A stretch of DNA of 64,000 bases. It comes from Bugula neritina. Taxonomy: Eukaryota > Animalia > Bryozoa. The number at the start of each line of letters is the position of its first letter. Within the stretch, counting starts at the first letter, position 1. The notes under the pieces were generated by a model. That model ran no database searches. It was not told the DNA's origin and saw nothing but the letters and a program-made list of their open reading frames with translations. The translations under genes and the position numbers were made by a program. Below, piece by piece: positions 49,060-62,300 of the stretch. The stretch covers positions 6,233,190 to 6,297,189 of the forward strand of contig OZ037771.1 in NCBI GenBank assembly GCA_964035545.1, in the 5' to 3' direction.

Positions 49060-49560
49060 CAATTACTCTTAGTATTACTAACACTAATAGTAATTAGACT
49101 TTGTATTACTATTATTACAAGTTGAGCTGTCATATAAGGACATAATGATTTTGATTTACATCTACTGTGGTCTTTGAGTTAATAAATTATTATTTAATTG
49201 ATTACTTATTTAACTTTGTATTAAATTGGACATTATGTAAAACTATTAAATTCAAATATTATTATTGATATCATAGTTAATAACTATAAGTTATACTATA
49301 AGTAAAATATAACTATTCCTACTACTATTAGTATTGCTATGTCTATAGAGATAGTGATGCACTTATAGTTATACTGTTATACTTATACTTATAGTGATAG
49401 TCTATAAGTATAAGGATAAGTATTAGTATTACTATTAGTATTACTATAGTATTAGTATTATTAGACTTAGTAGTAGTACTAGTACTACATCAACATGATC
49501 ATCATGGTTCTGGTTATCATTATAATTATCATTATATTTATAATTAATTAATTTTAATTT
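49060..49560. repeat. TAA-TAS/TTA-TAS periodic tract ending in an ATCATT/ATGATC block
   Basis: Directly visible. Confidence 0.75.
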
Positions 49561-49984
49561 ATGACATCGACAATTCATTGTGATCACAATCAAAGAATGT
49601 AGGTGTTACAAAATCAAAACAATTACATTTAATATAATTCAGAATGAAGATAATTATAACATCAACATGAATACTGTATGAGTATCATCTGTAGATAGAT
49701 TTAGATTACCAATTGATTCTATTTCGAAAGTTGCTAAAACTTAAAGTTAAACAGCACCAACTCCAAGGTGAAGGTGGTGGTTACTGAGTGCAGTAGTTTA
49801 AGATAAAGATTTCATGTTTGGAATAGCCAATAGGGGTTTAGTGTTTGAACCCAAACCCCGATTCTAAACTCAAAACTCTCAAACTACTGCACCCATCAGT
49901 GTCCAGTACTGTTTCCAACAAATTCTTTCATTTCAGTGTTTGTCTCGGGTTGTCATATTTTTACACTTACAGGTATCCGATAAG

Positions 49985-50159
49985 AATGGTTTTATAAGAA
50001 GCATCAACATGGTAGTGACTGAGTGTAGTAGTTTGCGGTTCTTGAGTTTGGAGTTGAAGTTACAAGTCTGAACTCGGAACCCCAACTCTAAATTAAAGAA
50101 CCGCAAACTACTGCGCTCAGTCACCACCAACTCGGAGCTGCTTATAGAACCAATCATTC
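49985..50159. mobile_element. Palindromic MITE family A, second copy (a more decayed third copy at ~49775-49900)
   Basis: Arms GTGACTGAGTGTAGTAGTTTGCGGTTCTT / AAGAACCGCAAACTACTGCGCTCAGTCAC; similar to 6733-6884. Confidence 0.8.
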
Positions 50160-50436
50160 GATACACTCCATGTAGATTTCTATCGTTGATACTTTATAAT
50201 GATGATCATAATTATAGGTACAATGTTGCGCAAGCCGTTATATGATTTTGCTGCCCACTAATTAGTACAGCACAACTCCAAAGTAAAATAACTTTTTGCA
50301 ATATTGTGCACAATTTGTTATTGAATTATGATGGTGGTGGGGTGTTGTTTACACTATAATTGATATAGGCCTATAGCACATAAACATTAGGATTCTAAAA
50401 ATTATAGAATGTAACTATGTACGTATCTGCTTTGTA

Positions 50437-50560
50437 TGATGTGTAATGTGCTGTGATGTGTAATGTGCTGTGATGTATAATATACTGTGATGTATACTGT
50501 GTGATGCATGCTGTGTGTAATGTGTAGTGTGTGCAGTGTGTGTGTGCGGTGTGTGTGTGC

Positions 50561-50599
<39 letters not shown>

Positions 50600-50656
50600 T
50601 GTGATGTTCAGTGTGTGTGTGACGTTCAGTGTGGGTGTGTGTGTATGTGTGCGTGT
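50437..50656. repeat. (TG)n microsatellite with degenerate flanks
   Basis: Directly visible. Confidence 0.95.
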
Positions 50657-51214
50657 ATTGTTTTCAATCAAGTTTTAAAAAGAACTTTGTTTTATAATAC
50701 ATTTATCAATTGTTAAATTTTTAAACATATTTGCAGAACATATAACAAGCATGGAACATTTATGAAAGTTATAAAAGGTGTAACTGAATGCATGAAAATG
50801 TTTGCCCCAAGTCGATTTGTATGTTCAAAATTCTAACCATGCATAGTTATATGCAGCAACAGCACGAGCCTAACCGCTGTAAAGTGGTATTGTGTGAATA
50901 CTAAAAATAAAAATAAAATGCAACTGCGTAGCAGTTCCACAAAGTATATGGGTTAGGAATTGTCTACCTTTAATCAAATGCTTAGGTATATTTGTTCGGA
51001 TATTTCAAGGATGACGATTTGACGATAAAATATCGGCTTACGGTCCATATGTTACAATCACAATATTACTATAATAATTATACTTATAGAGCATAAATTA
51101 TACAACATAATCATATAATAATATTGATATTTGTCTTTGTAACCATTGCAAACTTGCAGCAACGTGCTTTCCCCTTTTGATACATACACGCCCCATAAAG
51201 AATTGTGATACTTT

Positions 51215-52490
51215 CGTTATCACTATCGGTATGAGTATGGAATTGGATATGCCTATGGCAGTGGCTATAGTCATACTGATACTGATACTCATACTCATAG
51301 TCATAGTCATAGTGATAGTCATAGTGATAGTGATACTGATAGTCTACATTTTCATTTTGATTTAGTTTACTTTTAGTTTTATCATTTTCATTACCACTAT
51401 GATTAATATTTTTATTTTAAAGTATCATCACATTATGATTATTATTAATATTATCATTATGATTCTGCATTAATGAATAATTATTATTATGATTATTAGA
51501 ATATTACTGTTACTTACAGTTAGTGTTACGGTTTAACTGTAAGTTAATCACTTAATGTGTAAGTGTAACTATAAGTATAAGTTTATTTACTATCCTCACG
51601 CTCATCCTTGTAATACTAGTAATAGTAAGTCAAAGTGATACTAACTCTAAAAATAAGTCTAATACTAATAGTAATACTAATAGTAAGAGTAAGTCTAATA
51701 CTAACACTAATAATAATATTAGTAGTGAAACTGAAAGTAAAGGACTAAATCTAATAGTAATTCTATTACTATTCGTATTACTACTAGTATTACTATTACT
51801 ATTACTATTAGCTTGCTGTAAGTGTAACTCACTAACTGTTTACTCAGTTTAGTAATTTTAATACTAATGGTAATACTAATACTAATAGTGAAACTGAAAG
51901 TAAATGTGATACCCTAATAGTAATACTTGTACTAATATTTATAATACGTATAGATATAGATACGGATATCACATCACATTAGAATGACACGGATACTCAT
52001 AGTAATAGTGATAGTCATACTGATACTCATACTGACTCCGAGTGTATTATTAATGATTGAGTCATACTCATACTGGTACTCATACTCATAGTCATAGTGA
52101 CATCGACAGTCATACTCATACTGATCCTCATTGACATTACTGATTAGTCATTAGTCATGTTGATTTGGTATCACTTGATCTTGTCATTGTGATTATCATT
52201 ATGATAATGGTATTAATGATGATATTGATTAGTTAATCAACATCATAATGATGATTATTATAAATTATATAATTTCTCCGTGAACTTTATCAATATATTA
52301 AGGATTATTTCACAGACCCATGGGCCATAGGCTACTCATAGTCCTCGCTACTCAATACTCATACTCGTAGTCATTTTCATACTCAGTCTTATAGGCTTAG
52401 ACTTTGAGTTTGAGTGATAATGATTTTCATAGTGATAATCATGCTGATACTCATACTCGTACTGATACTCAATACTCATAATCATAGCAA
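51215..52490. repeat. Composite periodic tract: (TSATAS)n, (TAATAS)n and ATCATT/ATGATT blocks
   Basis: Examples TCATAGTCATAGTGATAGTCATAG, TAATACTAATAGTAATAC, ATTATCATTATGATAATG. Confidence 0.85.
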
Positions 52491-54317
52491 TTTATTGTCT
52501 ATAAAAGCTGAAATCCAATAAAATATGAATTTAATGTGTAGAACCAGTCAAAAGTTAATTTTAATTAATTTTGAACCATTATAAATATGATGTAATAAAT
52601 AAATATTCGACTTTAGTTTATGGGAAATTTTAATTTAGTAATGTATTAGACACCATTACTAATTTACTGTTACAATGTAAAACTAAAAGTGTGTAGAATC
52701 AAGCGATATTCCGATATTCAAGTCTTGAAGTAAAAAACAGGAGCTACGGCTAGAGGTCAAACTTTAGTTTCGCATAGACATGAACTGATTGATTTTGAAT
52801 TTGATCTTGATGATTACAGAGTTAATCTAATACCCGATGGAGTTTATGTATGAATTTGGCTAAATAGTCATCAATTAAAGCTAACATAATGAATTCTTAA
52901 TTGGAAGCAGTTTTCATTATTGATAAAAAGGGATATATAATATTGAAATTGTTACCTTCCAGTTACTGGCTCTAATATTAGCATAACTAAAGAAAAAGTT
53001 GATAAATTATAACTAAGGAACTGACCACATAATTGCAGTACAGTTTCTGTAGCATTTACTAAGTTTAAGATGATGAAATATAGACAAATAGAAATATTAA
53101 TAGCTCTTTGGATAGCAAAGATATCCTAATATCTCAACATGGCTCCATGTAAAACACAACTGGTGCATAGATAGATTCATGCTCTAATTTTACTTTTCTG
53201 CCTATGCTGTGGAATCTCAGGCTTTCTGAAAGGATTAATGTTGTTGTGGAACTTATTGCAATAACTATCTCAACTCTGATCCTATATATTATTTCTAGAT
53301 TGAAAATCAATCGCTCCCAGTGTAACTTTTTAATTAATTAAATTCTAACTTTTCACTGCCTATGTCTTCTAATGACTGTGTCTCTGGTATTTTATATTCT
53401 TTCATTTATATATAGAAAGGGTTGGAGTTGTCAAAAGTATTTCTTTGTGAAAATTGCTTTTATATCTTATTGGCACATTAGAGCTAACTTTGGTGTTTCA
53501 CTGCTGTCAGACACTGTTAGTTGTCCAAGTCAAGGGTCAAATTTGCTTTGCCTCTGACCTTTATAGCTTTGCACTTTGCAATTGAATACTATTTTCACAG
53601 GGCTTAACTGCTTATGTCAATTGTACAATTTAACATTTAAGTTATGCAATTATCACTCAAGTTTTAAAGTCATGTTTTAATTAAATTTAAATTCTGAATA
53701 AAATTTATAACCCAAAGTATTACATCATCGTTAAATTTTCAAAGTTTTGTAAAAACAAAATGTTTAAAAAATAGTTTCTATTTATATTGCCTACGACCCA
53801 GAGCATTTTAAAGGTAAATCCGATTAGTAAAAGCCTTATGTAAAGAAAATTATAATTTTATGAGGACTTTTATTATAGATAGAAGCTTAATTTGTAGATG
53901 AAACAATAAGTATAGGTGTATCCATCCATATAATCATATTTCTTGTCAGATAACTTTATATATAAAAGTACACCAATAAAATGTAATTTTAATTTAGTGG
54001 CCTTTTAAGCAAATTTTCAAATTTAGATTTTCAAGTTGGAATTTAAAAAACATAAAATTAGAACTACTCATGCAAACAAAAATAATATGCAATGCAATGT
54101 TCCATAGACCAAAATTAGTTTGTAATTTATTTTGTGATCATACTACTCAAAATAAAACTGTTCACTCACATTTTTTTACTTTTATAAAATTGTAAGTACC
54201 CAAACCAAGAAAGGCTCTGCCCTTTTCTTTAATGGTAATAAAATGTAAATATGCTCCCATTATAGGCTCAGAAATGGGCATAAATCCAAGCAGTTTTGAA
54301 TTATGCAACCCCTAAAG

Positions 54318-54401
54318 GTAGTTGTAGTGGTAGTAGTAGTAGTAGCAGTAGCACTGGTAGTACTGGTAGTAATAGCAGCAGCAACAGTAGTAGCAGTAGT
54401 A
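54318..54401. repeat. (GTA/GCA)n microsatellite
   Basis: Directly visible. Confidence 0.8.
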
Positions 54402-55703
54402 TTTAGCTCCTATGTGCAATATAAGTCTGCATGATAGACCAGAACTTGAAAAAGGAAAACCAACGAAACTTACACAAATATGTCATCATATTGTTTTCAA
54501 GCCTTTCAATGTGTTGAGTTCTAAAGAATTCTTCTCAAGTTGAATACATAACTGTATTCAACTTGAGAGTGGTTTAAGAGTGTATTAAATTTGAAAAAAA
54601 ACAATGCCATCATTTGCCTCTAGTATTAGTGATTATAAGGCCAGCATAACTAACGTGAATACTATTAGTAATACTGCAAAAGTATTGCAGTGTCTGCATT
54701 TTCATATTTTGAATATTATTCTATAATAATGATTATAAAATCGATGCTTCTGATCATTTTTATACGTGATTGAAAATTGTAATAATGCTAACCAAACATA
54801 AATAGCCACTGCACCCATTTATTATTAGGATTGTGTTTGTACAAAATCATATTGAAATTTGCACAACTCATAAATTATTCCAGTATTGGAGGTTGATGTT
54901 ATAAAGGAGAGGAAGGGGGAGGATAGGCTTTACTCACTTGCAGTCAAAAAATCTCCACAGTTACCTCCCTAAAAATATTTTTATTTTTGTTGCAGCCTCA
55001 TTCTAACGTTCAGTGTTGGCTAGCCACTCCAAGCTTGATAGTTGTGTAAGTATGAAATTGCTAAATCAATTTATTACTTTTAGTTTCATTCTAGCTGACT
55101 GGAGTTGGTTGAGTTGCCAAGCTTTATGGCAGTACTCAAAAAAATAAGTCTTACTAAGCCACAAGGGCTTTCAAGCTTTTTAGCTCTGTTCCCCCTTTGC
55201 AGGTCATCAGAAGTTTAAATACCTCTAAACATTCTTTTAAATAATCATCTATAAACCAAATAATAATTACAAATTATATCTATAAAACTTGTTGCTGCTC
55301 TTTTTATGGTAAAAGCAGAACATTGTAGAAAATGAAGCATGCATGCAATACTTGCTGCAGGACCAACAAAATTAGAAATGAGAAATTAGAAACTTAGACC
55401 TCTTGAATGTTCCAAGTTTCCCTAACAGGGATTTCCCCCTTGTTGAAAAACCTATGTGTTAGTAGAACATTATAATTCTCCAAAATTAAATCTAGAATAT
55501 TTTTGCTGCTAAAACTGGCGCTTTTCATATGACACACTTGAAACATTTTTCCTTATAAATTGCCAAACACTTTCAGTGTAAAATAAATATAACGTTGGGA
55601 TATTCATCAAAGTTTATTTTGAGATTAATTGTTTTTTATTAGGAGGAGATAACTTAGGACAAAGACAACAGGATAGTCCATATTTACTCTGCAATTATCC
55701 AGT

Positions 55704-56386
55704 TTATGTAATGCAACTGTAGACAGCATTCATTAGACTCTTCCAGATTTACTCTAATTACTTCTATAACCTGAGGTATGAATTTTCTTTGTTGTACGTG
55801 ATGTATTCATGTCCATTATAATGGTAATGTTTCCTATCTTCATTCCTAATAAAGCTGCATGCATAATTATGACTAGCACGGTCAGGTTGTTTGCAACGTG
55901 ACTTGCGAAAAGTGTGGTCGCGGTCGTGTTGCGTTAACACAAGAATAGATTAATACAATTAATTAGCCAATGGAAATCCAATAGCGTACCACATCAAGTC
56001 AAGGATAGGTCGGGGCGAAACAACACGTGCTCCTTACTGCCTCATGTTAGACGTAGTCACGTTTGATGCCACTTCTTTTCACATCTACAACTGATTGGCT
56101 GAAATTTCTTCTTACTATAACATTGTGTAGAGACGTTTATATCTCTCCCACTACCCCATTCTTATTTGTTGGCGAAGTAATTGTAGTCGCTCTGTTTACT
56201 CGGGAGCGCTCAGCTATAAGACGGGCCATTTTTGTTATTGGTTCTAACTAATATACACGTAGGGATAGTGCAAACATGAACGATCTCAATCTGTTCTCTA
56301 CCTCAGGTAATTGTTACATTTAGGTCACTAGAATCAGTATGGTGCCAGTGTAAGCACCAGAAGTGACTTGGTTATTCTTTCACGTT
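55704..56386 (+). promoter_or_regulatory. Putative timeless promoter with circadian-type motifs
   Basis: D-box TTATGTAA 55704-55711; E-box CACGTG 56024-56029; non-canonical CACGTT/AACGTG at 55895, 56058 and 56381; CCAAT/ATTGG at ~55967, ~56094 and ~56237; locally CpG-richer than the flanks. Confidence 0.6.
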
Positions 56387-59300
56387 TCATGACACCAACA
56401 TCCAAGCTAACTTGGTGATGCATTTTTCAACTCTATTTTTACAAAATTTTTCTTGCTGGTAGTAGTCGAACTGAATTTGTAAAATACAAATCAATTGTTA
56501 CACTTTTTAGCATGTAACTGTGTTGTATAATTCAATATTATTAATATTACTAATACATTTTTTTAACATTTATCATGTATCAGAGCATCATTTTTACTGA
56601 TGACTTTTAGGTCATCTTTTAAAGTTTGGAAATTTCTTATTTATGCTCTAAAGGAGTTGGTATATTTAATTCCCATAGTAATAGTGTATATAGTCTATTT
56701 CTCAGCCAGCAAATGTCTGTATTTTAGAAACTTAATGCTTGTGTTACAGATATTGAAGAAGGGCTACAGACTTCTATGGTACTAGCCATGGAGTGGTACA
56801 TTATGAACAGCACTGGTGTCAGGAGCCTCACATGCAACCTGGGAGAACTTGTCTCTCCTGACACTTACGTACTCCATGATGGGTGTGCAGGTGCGTCAAG
56901 TCACTGCCAGCCTATACTTGTGTGTAGAATCAGATATTACCCTCCAATAAGCTCACCGATTCTTGACTATCATGAAAATCCTTTTCGCATAAAAGTTTTC
57001 AAGAGTCTTTGTGATGTTATTACTATGTTAGTATAAATTAATCTCGTCCTGGCGTAGTAGCATCATCTTCCAGTATGACTAGCCTATTTGTCTCACTTGA
57101 CTGTGTGTTCCATCAGATGTGATGGAAGAGCTATTGGCTAGAATTGCCAATGAAGAAGAGAATAGATATATTACAAAGAGGCACATACTAGCAGAGCAGC
57201 TTCTGGCAAAAGATCTTATACCTATGATCAAGTATGGCAGTCCTGATGTTAACGAGCTGCAGCTATTGTTGAGGTGCGTATTTTTCATCTATAACTTGTA
57301 TACTTAATGTGACACAGTGTATAGCTTGTATGCTTAATGTGACTCATTGTATAGCTTGTATACTTGATATAACTCAATGTATAACTTGTATAGTTGATAT
57401 GACTCATAGTATAACTTGTATAACTGGCATGACTTAGTGCATAACTGGTGTAATTGGTATGACTCATTGTATAGCTTGTATAACTAGTATGACTCATTAT
57501 ATAACTAGTATGACTCAGTGTATAACTTGTATAACTAGTATGACTCATTGTATAACTTGTATAACTAGTATGACTCATTGTATAATTTGTATAACTGGTG
57601 TGACAGGCTGCTCAGCGAGCTCTGTCAACCATGTGACGCCGACCAGACTGTTGCCATGCCGCCAGACAAGTACGCTTATCCTGACCTGAAGAGACTCGCC
57701 GGACAAGTCTGTGAAGCATTCTTAGACCGAGAGTTCTCCTCCAGACTCTTCACACACATTCACGAGTTGATTGAAGAGGTAGCCAATGATCTTCTCTTTG
57801 TTAAATTATTATTATTGTAATTTAAATTACAGTAAAATAATGTAATGGCCAAATCACTGATCACAACAAGTGGTGCATACCTTAGTAAATTCATGTTTCA
57901 TATTTATTTCAATGTTTTATACCTTTTCAACACACTCAGTTTAGAAAATCGATGTACATGTTATCTATAGCTGGCTTCATGTCTCATCCTTCCTGGCCAA
58001 TGGAAATAATTAGATTGTTTAAATTTCATGAAGTAGCTGCCAGCTGTAGATTAATTACTCTACTTTGTTAAGTTGTCTGTGTTTTTCTCAGGCGGGAGAG
58101 CTGGAGATGGTTCAGGAGTCTTACCTCTCCATCAAGTACCTCTTCACGACCATCAGAAATGTCCTGTACCTCATGAAACCAGAGAAAGAAAGCTTCACTA
58201 AACTACTTTCGTAAGTACATTATTTTTGCGCATAGCTAAACCAACATTAACTGGTGAAAAATGTGAGAGTGGTTTGGTCATAGCCATCAAGGGTCATTTG
58301 GTTCTAATAGAGAAGCTGTTTGGAGACGGCATAGGTTTAGAGAGCCATGGACAGTCGGGATTTATTGTCTGTTGACTTTTATCTTTACCTTACTGTCTTC
58401 ATTAATAGCTCACTCCATACTGGATCCATTTGCATCCATCCTAAATCCTTCTCTGCATCCTCACTGAATCCACAGTTCATTCACCTTAAATTCACGCTGT
58501 GTTCACTTATAATCACTCCACCCACATCTGTTCACACTGTATCCACTCAATTTCAATGAATGTTGTAATTTCATCCATGGTTTATGATTAGCGCCAGAAT
58601 CTGAACAGTCAAGTTATAAGATATGACGTCTGTTAATCTATTCAGAAATCAAATCCTAAATGAACTTCAAGTTTTTCAATGTGATGTAAACTCTTCGCAC
58701 CGACTATAATTCAATATTGTGTACAATGCACTATCTGTTCAGCTTCATAGCAGCCATGTCTAATCTCACAGCTTTTAGCGATTCTAAACAACATTCTAGC
58801 TATAATTTACTTATGGTTTTTCAGTTAGAAAAAAAAAACAGTTGAATTGAACTTAGGTGTTTTCATCAAGATTAAAAAGTATTAATTTTGTTTTTGATTT
58901 ATACTTTAAACAAACGTGGCTGTTCATTATTGACTATTGTAACTGAAAATATTCACCTGGCTAAAAATTTTCATAGCAAATAAATTTGCTAGAAGTATAT
59001 GAACTCGGTAATAAGGAAGTAATGAAGTTATATAATCTAAATATGTTACTGATGTCATAGGTCAATATTAGTTTCATCAACACCTGTAACAGGAAAAAGC
59101 TTATACAAACATTCACCAATGTTAACATAAGTATTGTGTCTAACAGAAGATAAATCGGAATTTAAATGTTTTTTCATCATTTTAAATGCTTATTCAGAAT
59201 TATATTTGGAAATAGCATTTTCAATTCCTCTGCAACATACAGTTTCAATTTTCATAATTTTGTCAAGCAAATTAATTTTGTAAATAGTTAATGCATGATA

Positions 59301-62300
59301 CTATAATTTCAACACTGTTTTTTATTTACATGAACTTTGTTATTTGCGTAGTTGGCAGTCCTATATTGAAAATATTAGCTCCAGTGATACTTATCTAAGA
59401 AGATTGTCTGCTATTTTCTGTAATTCTGTGGTAACACAGTCTCCTTATTTGGATCAAAGAAAACAGATAATGCTAATGTTGATAAAGAGAAATGTATATT
59501 TTAATTTACTCTTTACCATTTCTTCTAAATGCTTTATGTTGTGTAGACTTTTGCTGGAGAATGACTTGGATTCAGTTTTGATATATTCCATCAACTGCCA
59601 TGGAAGAGATGAACTTGTATTACCAGCCGCCCAAATTTTATCACTTCTCTACTCTGAGTTTGAGGTGAGTAAGGTGGCTTGGACTGAGGGGCTTGCTAGT
59701 AGGCAATGTCTTTTAGTAACAATGCTAATTAACTTGCAGTAATGCTACTAGCTCTAACCGTTTTAGTAGTTGAATAATAATTATTCCTATCATAAATGAG
59801 TAAATCTATCCTTTTTTAAGGGAAACTTTTAAAAATATTTCAACTCGAAAAAGTATAACTAACTGAAATTTAATTCAACTAGAATTAAAAATGCTATTTT
59901 TAATTTGAATATCTCGTTAGTTTGAGTTTTGGGACTGTTGGCTAGAATTGGAAACTGTTAAAAAGTCGAGTAGTTAAGATCAAGTCATGTCGACAGTTCA
60001 TCGAAAGTTCAGTTCCGATAAATTTGTTAATTGATTCCCGGACGGCGATACGATGTTGTATAATGGCGATACGATGTTGTATAATGGCGATACGATGTTG
60101 AGACGATACAGGGATTGCTGTGGTACAATGGTGGTGATACAATTTTCAGCACGTGCATACACATGTGTGTTGGGAAACGATTATATCAACCTGTCTTCTG
60201 CCATGATTTATAGCTAATAGATCCCTATCAACAAGGAGAGTCAAATGTCACAACAAGACTAGTTCCTGCAAGCAACAGCCATTATACTAAGTTAAAAGCC
60301 CACCATAGTATGATGATGTCCATCTCTCTAACACTGTGCTCTCTCGTCGTGTAAACTGTGATACTCTTATTATGACTGATCAGAAGTAAGGGGTAGAAGT
60401 TTCATGCCTATAACAACTTAATTATCAGTCTGTCCGTTTCATCAAAGAATTTTATCTCTCAGTTTCCAATTGTCTCCAATTGTTTTGGATTTTCATTTAA
60501 ATGGTAATGAAGTATTACATAAAGTTAATGCACATGTCGGCCATTCACTTAGTACTGTTCATCAAATGGCAATCCTCGTGAAATTTTCTCAGTGGCTAAG
60601 GCAGAAGTGCAAACTTGCTCCATCTTCAATTTTATGAACTTCCGGTTTTGCAACCTTTCAATTGATCGAAAATACACCCGGTTTTGTAAAATTTTATTAC
60701 TTCTAAACTGAGCATCAGCAGCAAATGTTACTGGAGTAAATGTTCCAAAATTGTCCAATTAGAATGTCTTTAGCACTCTTTCATCAGTTTTGACATGAAA
60801 CCAACCATCAAGGAACATTGAATTCAGACAGAACCTAGCTTGGCTAGTTTCTGTTTCAATCAATATCAATTCCTTGGGGCAGGAGTTTATTCTGTAAAGA
60901 CTATTTACTAATGTCAATGTGAGTGAGAAATGAAGTAGTGTGCTATATGCTGTAATGATATTGTCCTATTGCTGCATTATACTTGGTGTGTGTTTTGTTA
61001 ACTTGCATTTGGTATATGAACTCTGTTCTGCGATGGTTAATTATTTTATTTACATGGCAAGGTATAACTGATCATAGCTAATTAGTAGAACTGTAAATGT
61101 AGATGTCATAATACTGTACATAATGTGTTTCACTTTGCTTTTTAAAATTTAGTTGAAACATAGGATTGAGTAAGGTAGAATAGCAGGTAATGTGTTCAGT
61201 TCATCTTTCTCTTTATATGCTGAAAATATGTTTCTGAACTTGTATCTATTGCTCTGCCTTGCCACTGTTTAAATATTTTAATGCAAGACCCGTTCACTGA
61301 TTCAACGGTATTGCAGTGGTTGAGGACAGAACCTGAAGGTGCTAAGGAGCAAGATGTCACCTGTATCACTGACAGGTTGAAACGTATCGTTGTCCAGTTA
61401 CTACAAGGTTCCCTCTCCGCTCTCGCCATTTCTCTAATGGTAACGCATATCATTACTCTAGTAAACAAACTATTCCAGGATTATGATGTCATTCTTGAAA
61501 TATGCATATCATTAAAGTGTTGATCCCTTCTAGTTACCATATTTGCAAGTGCTTGTGCTGTGGTCGTGCAGTTCAGAGGTAGGTGCAGATATGGAGAAAT
61601 TGGGAAAAACCTGTGTTCTAGATTAGAAATATAGCAAAATAAGTGAAGTTCTCTAGAGAATTTCAATTTGCACCCCTAACCAAAATTTATTAAGAAAATA
61701 GGAGAACTTGGGCTGTTTCAATTTCTCCACTACTGCTCCTAGGTTGTGCAACTGTGCTGTCAGCTGCAGTAGTTGATTGGGGATGTTATTGCAGAGAAAA
61801 GAGCTGAAAGATGGCTCAGATGTTGAAGGGAGTTACCTCTCCTGGTGTCTCACATACTTCCTGCCCTACGTCAGCTACGTGCCGGTGCCTCTCGCCAAAT
61901 TCAGGTTTGTCATCATTTGAAACCAGGTTCCATATCCTCCAAATATTGTGAAATATTTTATGGTGGTCTTGTGCAGGCATAGCATAGCTTAGATAGGTTA
62001 CTTATCTGTGCTGGTTTACTGGTCATTGTTCAGCTGCTGACCTAACCAGCCAGACATTGACCTTTTCAACTATTTGCAACGAAGACATCATCTCTGCTTA
62101 GCCAAACATTTCGATTATTGTTGATGGGTTTGCAGCAAAGGATGCAGCACTTTATGAGGAGATGATTAAATTAAGAAATGCTCATGGTTTTTGTAGTAAT
62201 ACTTCATCTTTTATTGGACACCTTTTCTCTCATATGTGAACTTTTGGACTGACAATGTTGTGACACAATACCATAGCCTAGCTTCATATACTGCAGCCAT

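Noticed and set aside
50402-51365. HT-, CV- and IV-repeat ORFs
   Set aside because: Translations of microsatellite and periodic tracts.
58260-58560. Possible Penelope-like 3' remnant in a timeless intron
   Set aside because: Only a vague translated resemblance (MDPVWSELL); too weak to call.
60220-60800. Candidate additional timeless exons, or the minus-strand 69-aa ORF
   Set aside because: Frames compatible with exon 6 hit stops and show no TIM similarity; the minus ORF is unassignable.
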